NCBI GenBank assembly: GCA_030141605.1
Contig: JAQGDQ010000020.1
Location: forward strand, 806,001 to 870,000
Direction: 5' to 3'
Length of the DNA stretch: 64,000 nucleotides
Source: Tubiluchus corallicola
Lineage: Eukaryota; Animalia; Priapulida
This document shows positions 13,285-25,771 of this stretch, one piece after another (position 1 is the stretch's first letter; each line of letters begins with the position of its first letter). The notes beneath the pieces are model-generated. The model was not told where the DNA came from and did no database searches. It worked only from the letters and a program-made list of their open reading frames with translations. The position numbers and the translations under genes were made by a program.

Positions 13285-13959
13285 TAAGTCATGCACTTAT
13301 TGAAAGCACTTGGAGAACATTAGACCGCCATAATGACATGATGACAAAAATCAAGTTAAAGTACATAGACACAATTCTCACCTATATCTTTACGGTAGAT
13401 CAAATTTACACAAGTGTACAATACAATGCGATATGCAGCGATAAATGTATTCAGAAATGAGTGTAATGCCTGCGACTCGAAATTTTTAAATGCATTCGTA
13501 AGAGTATAAGTTTATAAAAAGTATGTAGCTCAAAAATAATGTGCTTTGCATGATTGCAGTGAAATAGTTTTCTAAAACATTTGTGTTTCAAGAATACAAT
13601 AAGTGTTTGATATTCCCAAACAATAATTCCATTCTCGAGATATAAGCGTAAATAGACAGAAACGGCAAAATAGACCAATTTATAGGTTACTTTGTGAGAG
13701 AAAACAAAAATGAAAAACAGCTATATTTACGTGCTGTTGTTAAAGAATAAGTGTATTATTGATCAAGAATAAGAACAATTTTTGATAAAACTAAGATGTC
13801 TTAAACATGGCGAAAATGTCCATGTGTGCTGCAACACTTGTACAAGAAGTTAGTCAAATTAACTAAAGAGAAACAGTTGCTGGCTGCTGGCGTTCGGTTA
13901 GTTGGAATCTCTAGAACAAATTAAGGCTTGTGTTAAACCGGTGTTACCGTTTTCATTTC

Positions 13960-14490
13960 CTTGTTGCTGCTGTTGCTATTGCTGTAGTTGTTATTGTTGT
14001 TATTGTAGTCGTCGTCATCGTCCTTATTCTTGTTATTGCTGTTGTTATTGTCGTTCTTATCGTTGTCTTCATTATTGTCGTCGTTTTCGTTTTCTATGTT
14101 GTCGTTATTTTTGTTGTTGCTGTTGTTCTTGTTGCTCTTCTTCTTCTTCCTTATTCTTTTTTCTTCTTCTTTTCTTTTTCTTATAGTCATCGTCCTAGTT
14201 ATTGTTGCTGTTGTTGTTGTTGTTGTTGTTATAATCAATGTTGTCGCTATTGTTGTTGTTGCTGTTGTTGTGGTAGTGGTGTAAATGATGGTAGTCAGCG
14301 TCGGTGCCTTCGACGACATCTTTGTTGTTGTTGTTGCTGCTGCTGCTGTCGTCGGCGACGCCATCTTTGTTGTTACCGTTGTTGTTATTGTTGTCGTTAT
14401 TGTTGCCATTGCTATCGCTATTGTTGTTGCTTTGCTGCTCCTGTTGTTGCTGTCGCTGTCGCTGTGCTGCTGTGGCTGCTGCTGTTGTTG
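13960..14490. repeat. Degenerate (GTT/GCT/CTT)n trinucleotide low-complexity tract
   Basis: Visible trinucleotide repeats; produces poly-C/V/L/T pseudo-ORFs in all frames. Confidence 0.95.
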
Positions 14491-15654
14491 GTGTGAAAAA
14501 TTTCCGGAATTATACTAATAAAATAAAAATTATAGCGGACCGTCTACAATCTAATTATCTACACTAGTACTAATGACGTCTGTGGCCGGTCTGTTCCCAG
14601 GCTAATCAGTCAGAAAAGGTAAAATGTGCTCATAGATAAAGATTAACGCAAATGAATATAACTGCCTGGTTACTGATTGGTGATGGGAAAAGGAATTTTT
14701 AAAATAAAAATAACAGTCAGCACGAATTTAAGCAAAGACACGTTTCGACACAGTTAATGTCATGTTCATGCAACACTCACATAAATAAAAATACAGTGTA
14801 AGAAATATATATACAAAAATCAACATTGTGACAAACAAACAAGGCAACTAGTAAATAGTAAATTTACATTTCGTGTGATACAAAGTCAATGACAGACAAA
14901 TACAAAATACGTAAGTAAGTCAATTCAAGCTCACGCTTTGTGCTTGACTATGAAAATTAAGCAACACCGTCGTAGTTAGTGAATGGATGGTTGTCATTGG
15001 AACAATTGTTTTATCTACCATAATCGATTATTTCTCTCATTGAGTGGAGTTCTATGCACATCCGTGAGATACCTCTGTGAACTCACTCTCATCTCAGAGT
15101 CTAATCTTTGGTATCAGTTGATAATTAGTCAGTCAGATCCCGTCACAATCATTCAACGTCAACATTAGGCACTCTACCGTTAAATCACAGATTTGGAAAT
15201 GTACAGTATATCTATGTAAGATTATATAGCCTATAATTAAAATGAATATTCAGATTGGATTTGGAAGGCTTATATAAATGTTGTTCGTATCCGAAGTTGT
15301 CTTAATATTTTAATGTTTTAATATTTTAATATTAATCCTATCATTTTTAATATTAATTCTATTATTTTAGTATTTTAATCTTGCGCAAAATAAATAAAGA
15401 GATCTAAAAATTTCCATGAATCATTATGTAGGCGCTCACTTGTTTGGATCACTCTTTTTCCGTATGCCCGAAACTGGGCCAACAATTGCCACCCGAGGTA
15501 ATGAATACAATAAAAAGGTGAAGACGTTTAAATGCATTTTTCTACAGAAACAGCACTCATATAATTAAATTGCTAGTGCTGGAACAACGTACGTAATACT
15601 AAATGAAATACTAACGCACTATTGAAACGCAAGAAATGTGAAAAAATGGAAGAC

Positions 15655-15730
15655 AGCCAGGAGTTGAACAAGTGATCTTATGCTTACAGGACCAAAACCA
15701 TAACCGACACTAGACTACTGCGCCACCAGC
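15655..15730 (-). mobile_element. Degenerate tRNA-derived SINE head
   Basis: Minus strand reads GGTGGCGCAGTAGTCTAGTG...TGTTCAACTCCTGGC (A/B-box-like). Confidence 0.4.
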
Positions 15731-15782
15731 AATCGTGACAGCTAAAGTTCATCCCTTTTAGCCAATCCAATGTTTCAGCACT

Positions 15783-15865
15783 TTTCTTAAATTGAATCAG
15801 GTTGTATTTTTAGGGAAGCAATTTTCAGGTAGAAAATTCCATAAATAAAAAGCTGGATGGGAAAA
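15783..15865 (-). mobile_element. LINE 3'-end relic (same family as 56095-56370)
   Basis: Minus strand GGAATTTTCTACCTGAAAATTGCTTCCCTAAAAATACAACCTGATTCAATTTAAGAA resembles GAATTCTCCACCAGAAAACTGCTTCCCTGAAAACTACGACCTCACTCGATTCAAGAA at ~56150. Confidence 0.55.
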
Positions 15866-16299
15866 CTGTAAATTTTGTACACTAAAAATCCAGGAATATA
15901 CACAAATTTACATACATAAAATCGTGGTTGAGATCATATTGCTATTATAAAAAAAGACTAAATAGCTCATTTGCCTGCAAATTGGCTTCTTCGCGCTCAA
16001 TAAAAGGGTTTGTGTGGGTTGCTGTGCGTGGTACCGACTAAACAAAACTTGTATATTGCTTAAAGCGTTTTTGCCATCTGCTGTATAAGCGGCTCCCAGA
16101 TCAATATTATTTATTTGAAAATTTTAAAAACTGTGACACTAAATATAAAAAAATCTATTCAAAATAGATGAGTTCTATCAGGTGATGTCGCAGAATTCGT
16201 TTGTTTTAAAGAGGATGTTATTAGATACCCTTATTCACGCTGCCTTCGCTGAAATATACACAGTGTTCTCTTATGTATCTACGTTCATTTACTTATGTA

Positions 16300-16447
16300 C
16301 AGGGTGTTCCAAAAGAAACAGTGCACAAACAAGTACCATAGCGTACAATAACACGGACAAAGTTCAATAAGTATCCCCATGATTCTATTGGAATATTCGA
16401 TGAATATAAGGATGTTTCCTCTGAGCACTTTCTTTTCGAACACCCTG
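16300..16447. mobile_element. Mariner/Tc1-type MITE (148 bp)
   Basis: TIRs CAGGGTGTTCCAAAAGAAA and TTTCTTTTCGAACACCCTG, with TA on both sides. Confidence 0.85.
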
Positions 16448-16762
16448 TACGTGGCTAAATCAATTCAAGGTGTCTCGCGCGCCAAATTCCGCTCTTACCC
16501 AAAGTACTGAAGCTACTGTAGAAGACAAATCTAACCAAACGACAGTAAGAGTCGTCGAATTTGTAGGAATTTAAGCTTCAATTTGCTTTTGGGAATCTTT
16601 GTGTCATTAGTCTTCTGCAAAATACTTACCGTTAATTTATTTGCAGGATTCACTTAACACTTCGGCGATACTCTGCTGACTTGAGTGTTTAATTGACTCT
16701 CCACCGGGTGTCACTGACAGCAGTGACGTCATCAAGGCAAGGTCACGTGATCGGATAAAACG

Positions 16763-16993
16763 ATGAAGCGCCTTGTCTCGTTCGTCGTTGTCATTTTCGT
16801 GTTGGAATTGATTCTACGAGACACTTGTGCACAGATATTTTTCTCCAAAGGGTGGAGGGCTGGTAAAAGGGACGCCTTGGACAAACCGGATTTCCAAGTT
16901 GATCCAGAAGTGGAAAACATGTCACGAATTCAGACAAAATCTCGCAGAAACCCGGAAAATTTAAGCTTAGAATCTGCGGGCCATCGAAATCAG
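16763..16993 (+). CDS. AKH/ACP/GnRH-superfamily neuropeptide precursor, first coding exon (predicted mature pQIFFSKGWRA-amide)
   Basis: 23-aa signal peptide ending TCA, then QIFFSKGWRA (16832-16861) and a GKR amidation/cleavage site. Acceptor at ~16646 (ttatttgcag) and donor CAG|gtaaat after 16993. Candidate downstream exons: 20415-20450, 23115-23140 and 24844 onward (AATAAA at 24894). Confidence 0.9.
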
Positions 16994-17226
16994 GTAAATT
17001 TCAGGTGATAAAAAACTGAATCGGAGTCCCTTTGATGTTTCAGAGTTGGAGTATTTGACACAGTAACTCACTACGTTTCCCTTTTGCACGTAGATAACAG
17101 TTACGGGCTCGATGCCAAGAGCCACAACCCACCATGGTAAAGCAATTATAATGCAAGACCTCAAAGATGCGCAAAAAATGAACCTTTTAGGTGCACGGGG
17201 CTGCCTGAGTAAATTTAAAACTGGCT

Positions 17227-17738
17227 AAACCTTCAAATTCCAAACTTCCAAATCTTTGACCAAACCTTCAAATTCCAAACTTCCAAATCTTTGACCAAAC
17301 CTTCAAATTTCAAACTTCCAAATCTTTGTACAAACCTTCAAATTTCAAACTTCCAAATCTGTGTCCAAACCTTCAAATTTCAAACTTCCAAATCTTTGAC
17401 CAAACCTTCAAATTTCAAACTTCCAAATCTTTGACCAAACCTTCAAATTCCAAACTTCCAAATCTGTGTCCAAACCTTCAAATTTCAAACTTCCAAATCT
17501 TTGACCAAACCTTCAAATTTCAAACTTCCAAATCTTTGACCAAACCTTCAAATTCCAAACTTCCAAATCTGTGTCCAAACCTTCAAATTTCAAACTTCCA
17601 AATCTTTGACCAAACCTTCAAATTTCAAACTTCCAAATCTTTGACCAAACCTTCAAATTCCAAACTTCCAAATCTTTGACCAAACCTTCAAATTCCAAAC
17701 TTCCAAATCTGTGTCCAAACCTTCAAATTTCAAACCTT
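17227..17738. repeat. 35-bp minisatellite (~14.5 copies) with a 3-unit (105-bp) higher-order pattern
   Basis: Unit CAAACCTTCAAATT(T/C)CAAACTTCCAAATCT(TTGAC/GTGTC); the GTGTC variant recurs about every third unit. Confidence 0.95.
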
Positions 17739-18021
17739 CCCAGGCAGCACACAATACTGTCACCACATGGTCAGGATCTTGACAAAAATATATTCCGAAA
17801 ATATTGTCACCATATTGGTACAGTATAGGACATTTTTGTCCAATATTGGTGCAGCAGTTGTGGCACGTCCATAATTGGTGCAACATTTTAACAAATCCCC
17901 TTTGAAATATTGATAAAAAAGTATTGGTACAACGTTGTGGCACGTCCATATTTCTATTATGGTATCCATATTTGCAAAAATATTGTGATAACGTGGGCAC
18001 AATATTGTTGTGCTGCCTGGG
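17739..18021. mobile_element. MITE with CCCAGGCAGCAC termini
   Basis: CCCAGGCAGCACACAATA ... TATTGTTGTGCTGCCTGGG; TT on both flanks. Confidence 0.8.
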
Positions 18022-18214
18022 TTTGTCTAAACCTTCAGATTTCTCCAGTGAAGATGGATCCTAAATGAAGTACCTGCTGCCACACGAAAACCCGGGTTTA
18101 ATAATTATACTGTGCTGCCACATTTGGGCTCCATGCATTCATTGGTAAGCTATCTTACAGTTATATACCTCACACATATCTATTCGTCACACGCACACAC
18201 ACGCACGCACACAT

Positions 18215-18249
<35 letters not shown>

Positions 18250-18712
18250 CATATATATATTTATGTAGCTCATTATATAAAAACAGTGTTATTATGTAAC
18301 ATACATAAGCCATTGTGTATTTTATGGCTTAACGGTATTTATGTCTACGAGCTGAAATAAAAGAATAAATAAATAAAAATAAATAATGAAATAAAATAAC
18401 AACACAACACACACATAAGTACTAAAAATGTTGCATTATGAAACAAATCACAAAATTCGTTGTTGCGTAACAAATTTTACGTCATTTTCTAACTGTTGTG
18501 AAGGACGCATCGGTGGTGTAAACTGTAAAGGACTAGCTGTTTTTCTGTGTGTAGTCCTATAATGACGATGTTAAGTATAGTCCTTGCAGAGTACCGTCGT
18601 GAAACATTTGGGTTCAAACTCTGAAACAAAAATCGAGTTAATTCAAACTGTTATTATGTAAACCAGAACTTTATTAAAGTTCATTTATTGCCATAGTTTT
18701 GGAGAAGTCAAT

Positions 18713-19670
<958 letters not shown>

Positions 19671-22600
19671 CTTTTAGAGGGTGCTTCACTTGAAATTGGA
19701 AGTAGATATGACATCATAACCACTCGAACAGAAGAAATAAGTGTACCCATTCGGACAGTGGGGGCCATCAGTTTCTTTTAACTCATCTCGTCAGATCACA
19801 CACTAACTTGACTAGACGTTAGCCATATAGGACCTCAGGCGGACGTCATTGCATTGTGTCATCATGATGTAAAATTTGTTACTTAATGACAAATTTTGTG
19901 TTTTGTTGCATAATGCAGCATTTTTCATTACAGATTGCAGCATAGTTTTTGTGGCAAACAGCGTATGTTGTATTGTGCAGTCACTCTTTACGTAGCGAAC
20001 TTTAACTCTCGCTATTTGTTCCGTTCTGCAATTTTTTCTTCGGGTTAATTTAACACCTTCGGGTTTTAAGCTCACCTATTCTGGTTATTTGCGCATGGTG
20101 CGTTGTTCAACATAAAAAGAGAAATAAAGAGAAATGACAGTCTACTAATGATTCACAATTGACCAATTCTGCGTGCCATAATATTTGAAAAAGTAATATT
20201 GGAAACTGGGCATGAAGCGAATGCAGTTTTTTTTACATATGGAGTTCTAAATTGTATTATGGCAGGAAAGTGAAAGCCTATTTTTAAACAATGAATAATA
20301 TTTTTTAAATCGACTAGACGTCACTTAATTGTGATCTCCTATCAAATGGCGTTATTATGTTATTCAAAAAGGATTTTTTTACAAATTCTATCTTACCAAT
20401 AAGCCTTTTCACAGTACCAGCGATTGATGATGATCGTGAAAAGGTCAAAGGTTAAGTGTCCCAGATAACGCATTTGTTACACTTGACAACACCTAGCAGC
20501 CCAAGCTATTGTAATAGCAACAGTTTTAATAGCAAGCTAGAACCTTACTTAGTTCATTTTTCTTAGCAAGGGCAAGCAAGAGTCTGCCAGTAAATCACTC
20601 TACGCTTAGACTAATGCATAATTAAGTGAAGTCCACGTAAAATAATTAAAGTTACTGAACTGATGCGGCAGACACCTTTGCTTTACGCACACACACACAC
20701 ACACACCACGTGGCGGTTGTATTTAAAACGCGTGACTGTGGTACACTTAACCTTTGACCTACAGCAATAGCGCGTGCACACAACGAAACTGTGAAAGACT
20801 TATTAATCATTACTAATCATTTAAATCAATTTTTCTGCAAAATTTGCAAAGATCATAATGCTGAAAGTTTGGGACATATTGTAACTTTTTGTTGTGCGAC
20901 TATGGTTGTTTGCGTGAGTTCTCTGATGTCTCAGTCTGATTATGACTGGTCCTAATTCTTTCCCGTCCATATAGGCTTGTGGTGTTAGGGGTTTTATCCC
21001 AATAATCATTGGCTTCAATTCTTATTTTAACCCAGTTTTTTCATGCTTCATTAACATTTTCACTGACATTTCTAGATAGGCTGCAAATGAAACTTTTCGC
21101 AAGGCAACAAAAAGCATTACCTCGCTTGCTGACCTACGCGATATGTCACCATTTTTATCCGGGTGTTTTTATCCGACCCATTCAATGGCAAATCCAAGCC
21201 TTGCATCATCTTTCAAGATGTTCGCAAATTTGTTAGCGCTCCCTAGCGGATAATCTTATAAGCAGAATGGCGAGGCATTAGCGTAAAATCAACTATAATG
21301 TGTAGGAAAGTATAAAATATTCACGCCACGCGTAACTTGGCTACCCCTAATGGGAGTTTTAGCCCATTATTGCGCGTTGCCCCATTATTGAGTAATGGCG
21401 ATCCGGATGTGCAGCCCCGTTTACCCGTTTGTGACAAAGTGTGAACGAAATTAATGTCATCGCGTCACTGTCAGCAAAATCATAAAAACATTCAACACGT
21501 CAGAGATCTGAGATGACAATAGTTGCTACCTTGAATGGCGAAAGCAACGCACTAGCTCCCTTTTGTTGTTGGCGACTTTTCTGCGACGACACTTAGTTTA
21601 TCATTATGTTTATTGTTCAGCTAATGTGCATTGCGGAAAGATGTAGTGCATTTCAAGGACAGATATAAACAATTAGTTGGATCGAGAATATAGTTACACA
21701 AATAGTTAACCCGTATTTTTGAATTATTATAACGCAATACTTATTATAACATCGTCTTTCTGCGAACGCAGGACGCGGCCATGTTTTTCCACGGCTAACT
21801 CTCGGCAGGGTTGCCGTATTGTATGATATGCACTGAATAGTAGACTAAAAAGTATCGAATTTTCCGCCAAATTGGTGTATTAACGGCCGAGTAGTGTTGC
21901 CGCTTATACCATAATTATCAGAACATTCATTGAACATTACGTTCATGACACAAAATAAATTATACAATAATCGATAATTATGCGATAATTTAGTAGCGCG
22001 AAACTAAAAATCAAACAGTGAAAAAATGTGATTTGAAAACAATTTAAAACATTAATGCTAACCAATGGGAAATAAACAAACTTTGATTTCAACTGGTTTT
22101 ATATATTACACGATTCAGCTTTAAACATTCACAAAGCTTTAACAAAATTTTTTGAAAACTTTTTGAAAAAAAATTGACTTCCCTCCCTACTGACATCTTT
22201 TAAGCTCGTCACGAGGTAAGACAGAAACATTTTTTGTGGCCGGCCTAATTGTACATATCTGTCCCTTAAAAATGTACTACATTTTTCCGCACTGCACGTA
22301 GTAGAAATACTGTGATCAGTAATAGATAGAACCTACTATGTTGTAAAGGCACTTAACATAAATAAAGTAACATAAATAAAGTTTATACACAAAGAAACAA
22401 GCAGATTTAATCTACAGTGAAAGAGACGTTTACAAGAGACAAAATTCCCTTTGGAATATTGTGGCTGGACTGTATAAGACAAATAACAATTAATTCATGC
22501 AAGTGTTAAAAATAGTTATCACAACAATGTTATTTCAGCAGTATAAAAGACTCTTTACACAACTGTATCTGGATTTGTAATAATGTTAAGTTCAAGAACT

Positions 22601-23714
22601 CAATAGCAGATGCCACGTCCTATACCATGAAATCAACAATTTAATGTTCCACCTAACCACCTTGCAATCTACCATTTAGCAATTTCAATAACGCACACAC
22701 TTTTCACGTAGTCTATTTGTTTCTCAGCAAGTGTCGTTTCCATGTAAAGTATAACATGACCCATTCTTCAAATTTGAAAATCTTTTCTTTTCAGCTAACT
22801 ATTGTTTACGTATTGATTTTTTTCTAGTTATTATAAACAATTACATTTTCAATTAGCGGCCAAACTACGGTAAAAGACTGTTCGTAATCGGTAAAAAACT
22901 GTTTACTGTGTACGAACTCCGCTATTATTGGCGCTACTAAGTAAATAGACTATACACCCATTCTACCAAAAATGCTTGTCAATCTTTCCTACGTCGTGGG
23001 TTAAAATAAAAATTTACTGACGTCTCCAGGCTGTAATTTAATTAACAAAATTAGTACTAAACGTCCTAACTAACCGTGATTTTTACTACATGGTCGTATT
23101 TTCTTCTTTTGTAGGCAGCCGCGGGCTCTGCTAAACACAGGTATTTACTTTTACTAGAAAAACTAATTGCCTTGACAATAGCAGCCAGGAAAGCGGAAGA
23201 AGATGGCCGATCAAAATCTCACATTTCAAACCTTTTTCAAAGTTCAGAGAAGTAAAGCTGAAACAGGAGAAACTGGTGACCAGCAGTAGAGGCCTACATC
23301 TGTAATGAATCTTTTATACTAGAAAACTAAGTGTAAGTGTGTATACAATAAGAAGGGAAAAAATGAATGAAAAGGAACTTACTCGACTGAAAATTAATTC
23401 TTTTTCAGGGGTTAGTTGGGAGAATCCAGTAATTAAAATGAATGTATTTCAGTTTGTCATGGGGGGACTAGTGCTTGTAAAATTACTAAGCGTCGACAAG
23501 ATGGCGTTTGTTCTAAAACAATCAAAATTGCTCTAACAATGAGCCTGGGCTTAATGACAACAACGCATTGGCGAAACTTGCACTATTGATTTTAATTTTT
23601 TGTGCCTGCTAAATTTTAGCCCTCTCCCTCAAAGTTAAAAAAAAGGCGTGAAGTGACCTGTTTAGACATGGCACAGTACATGTGTACACACAGTTTATAT
23701 GCATAACATAAAAT

Positions 23715-23950
23715 GAGGTGTACCACAAGGGTCCACCATAGAACCGTTACTTTTCCTTATTTACATTAGTAACTTGCCTTTTCTTACAGATTTCAATACA
23801 CGCGTTTTTACCGATGACTAGCCTGTTCCTTGTACTCCTGTTAGTTTCCAACACCATACTAACAGACGCTAAAAAACCCTTGATAATTGGATGAAAACAG
23901 CAAATAAACTGTCAGTTAACTATACCAACACAAAATCTAATTACATTAAT
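23715..23950 (+). mobile_element. Degenerate CR1/L2-like LINE reverse transcriptase fragment
   Basis: Translates GVPQGSTIEPLLFLIYISNLP...FTDD, with stops downstream. Confidence 0.75.
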
Positions 23951-25006
23951 CAGTAACAAACTTTCAGAAGGATCTCTCTACTTTTATCTTAAAATGTACT
24001 ACTTTCGCAATGCCATATGCAATACAGAAGTAATTTGGAACCGAGGCCACTATACCACATTTAGTTCCAAGCACCAAATCGACTGAATATTTTTACCCAC
24101 GCCCTTTGCTGTTGTTTGTGTTTGTGATGTCTCTACTCTCTGCAATGTGTTGCAATACACTTGTCTACCAGGTATTTTCGACATTCGAAAAGACTGTTTC
24201 ATACCTGAACAATTGTCACGTGAGCAAATGTTTTACAACAACTGCATCATCTTTTGGTCGACAATGCCAATCTTTCAGCGTGGAAGACAAGCGCCTTTTT
24301 CACTTTTAAATACGATTAGGGGTGTTAAATTGCGTTGTTGTCTAAAACTGGCAAACCAGCAATAACTGGTGATCAATGTACTAATGCCCTAGGTTATTAC
24401 AACAGTAGTTCGTTTACAACTCTATGCCTATTTAATACTGGGCTATAGGCCTACATATTTTTACACCATGCTGAAATTCAAATCAGTGAATCAATGATGA
24501 AAAGGTTGCAATCTCATATTCTAAGTTGCACTGTTACTTAAAAACCGCTCGTTAATTAATTCCACTTTTAATTAATAGTTTTCTTGTTTCTGAAGTTTCG
24601 CATGCTTTAAGTTAATGAATTAGATTTTCTCCCTTCTTCTATCATAGTTGTGCATTACATTTCTATCATAATATTTAAGTTATGTCAAACTGTACATATC
24701 AAAAAGTAAATTCTTTACTTTAATCATTCCCTTCACGGAAACACAGTTGTAGACGTATCTTAAGAATCCATAAAGATAGTTAATATAATTCCGTTAATAA
24801 AGTTTTACTTCAGATTACAACTCGTTTTTGTTATGTTTTGCAGACTTTTTTGTGTAAAGAAATTCAAAAGTATTAAAAAACATAAACAGTTGGAATAAAC
24901 TCCTTGAAACGTTTATTTTTAATATCGTTAGCATAATTTTAGCTAGTTCTGAATGGACACTATGCATGTACTTTGACAGCCTCAACAGTTTCACCAGACA
25001 TATGAG

Positions 25007-25771
25007 CAGGGTGCATAAGATTATAAATATGTATAAAATAAATAAAATAGCTTATTTTATGGATTTTTGAAATTTTGTTTTATGGATATCAATAAAATAA
25101 GAAATAGACTATATCTGGAACGAGATACCCAGGGGGAAATCAATTAAAAAGTAAAAACATGAGTGCTTGAAACGTGTTTTTAAACACGCAGGACTTAGTT
25201 TTAATTTTATCGGTTTCATATCACTTCAAATTTAATCAAATTTTACGAGACAATGCCTTGTAATTCATCACTTCAGTTCAAATAATTCGTCTATTTGGTA
25301 CGAATGTAGAATGCCCTCTAGGCTGAAGTTTCCGATCCAATGCCTGTATCCAGTTTTGATTGCCTATTGCTTTGCACCTTCTTTTTCTTCCTTTCCGAAA
25401 TATACAAAAAACAGACACTCTACAGAGAGTACGTCTCTGGTGGCTGGATCTCCCTCAGTTATTTTCAGACCGAACTCCAGCTCATGCTTTGGTTGAAACT
25501 TCGCCATCTTCATAACAAAAGACAATGAGAAAAAAACAATGTAAAATAGCAAATCCGGAAATGCGCTTTTGTTGGTTTGTTTTCTTTCTCTTTCTCTCCT
25601 TCTAACGTTCGTTTTCAGTGTTGCCAATGCTTACAACTCGTTACTTTGTACAAAAAATCACAAAAAAAATATTTTTTTATTTTATGCATTTCTTATTCTA
25701 TGGATTTTTCAAATTTTATTTTATGGATTTTTGGTCTTATTTTATGGATATCCATAATCTTATGCAGCCTG
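25007..25771 (-). mobile_element. hAT transposon deletion derivative with perfect 8-bp TSD
   Basis: TIRs CAGGGTGCATAAGATTAT and ATAATCTTATGCAGCCTG; TSD CATATGAG at 24999-25006 and 25772-25779. The minus strand encodes MAKFQPKHELEFGLKI...GKEEKEGAK joined to ...FSLEGILHSYQ. Confidence 0.9.

Noticed and set aside
13382-13469. Possible upstream exon of the PAN-domain gene (ALHSFLNTF...RKDI G|gtgaga)
   Set aside because: The phase fits, but the acceptor has a poor pyrimidine tract and the translation shows no family motif; not supportable.
13902-14567. Cys-, Val-, Leu- and Thr-rich ORFs
   Set aside because: Open in multiple frames on both strands because of trinucleotide repeats; no splice or codon evidence.
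14740-14775. Hammerhead-like motifs (minus strand here; also CTGATGA at ~27563)
   Set aside because: Catalytic cores are incomplete (CUGAnGA degenerate here, GAAA missing at 27563); at most decayed Penelope-like relics.
17227-17738. Regular 35-bp repeat array resembling CRISPR; ORF 17326-17679
   Set aside because: No unique spacers, no cas genes and a eukaryotic context. It is a head-to-tail minisatellite and the ORF is a by-product.
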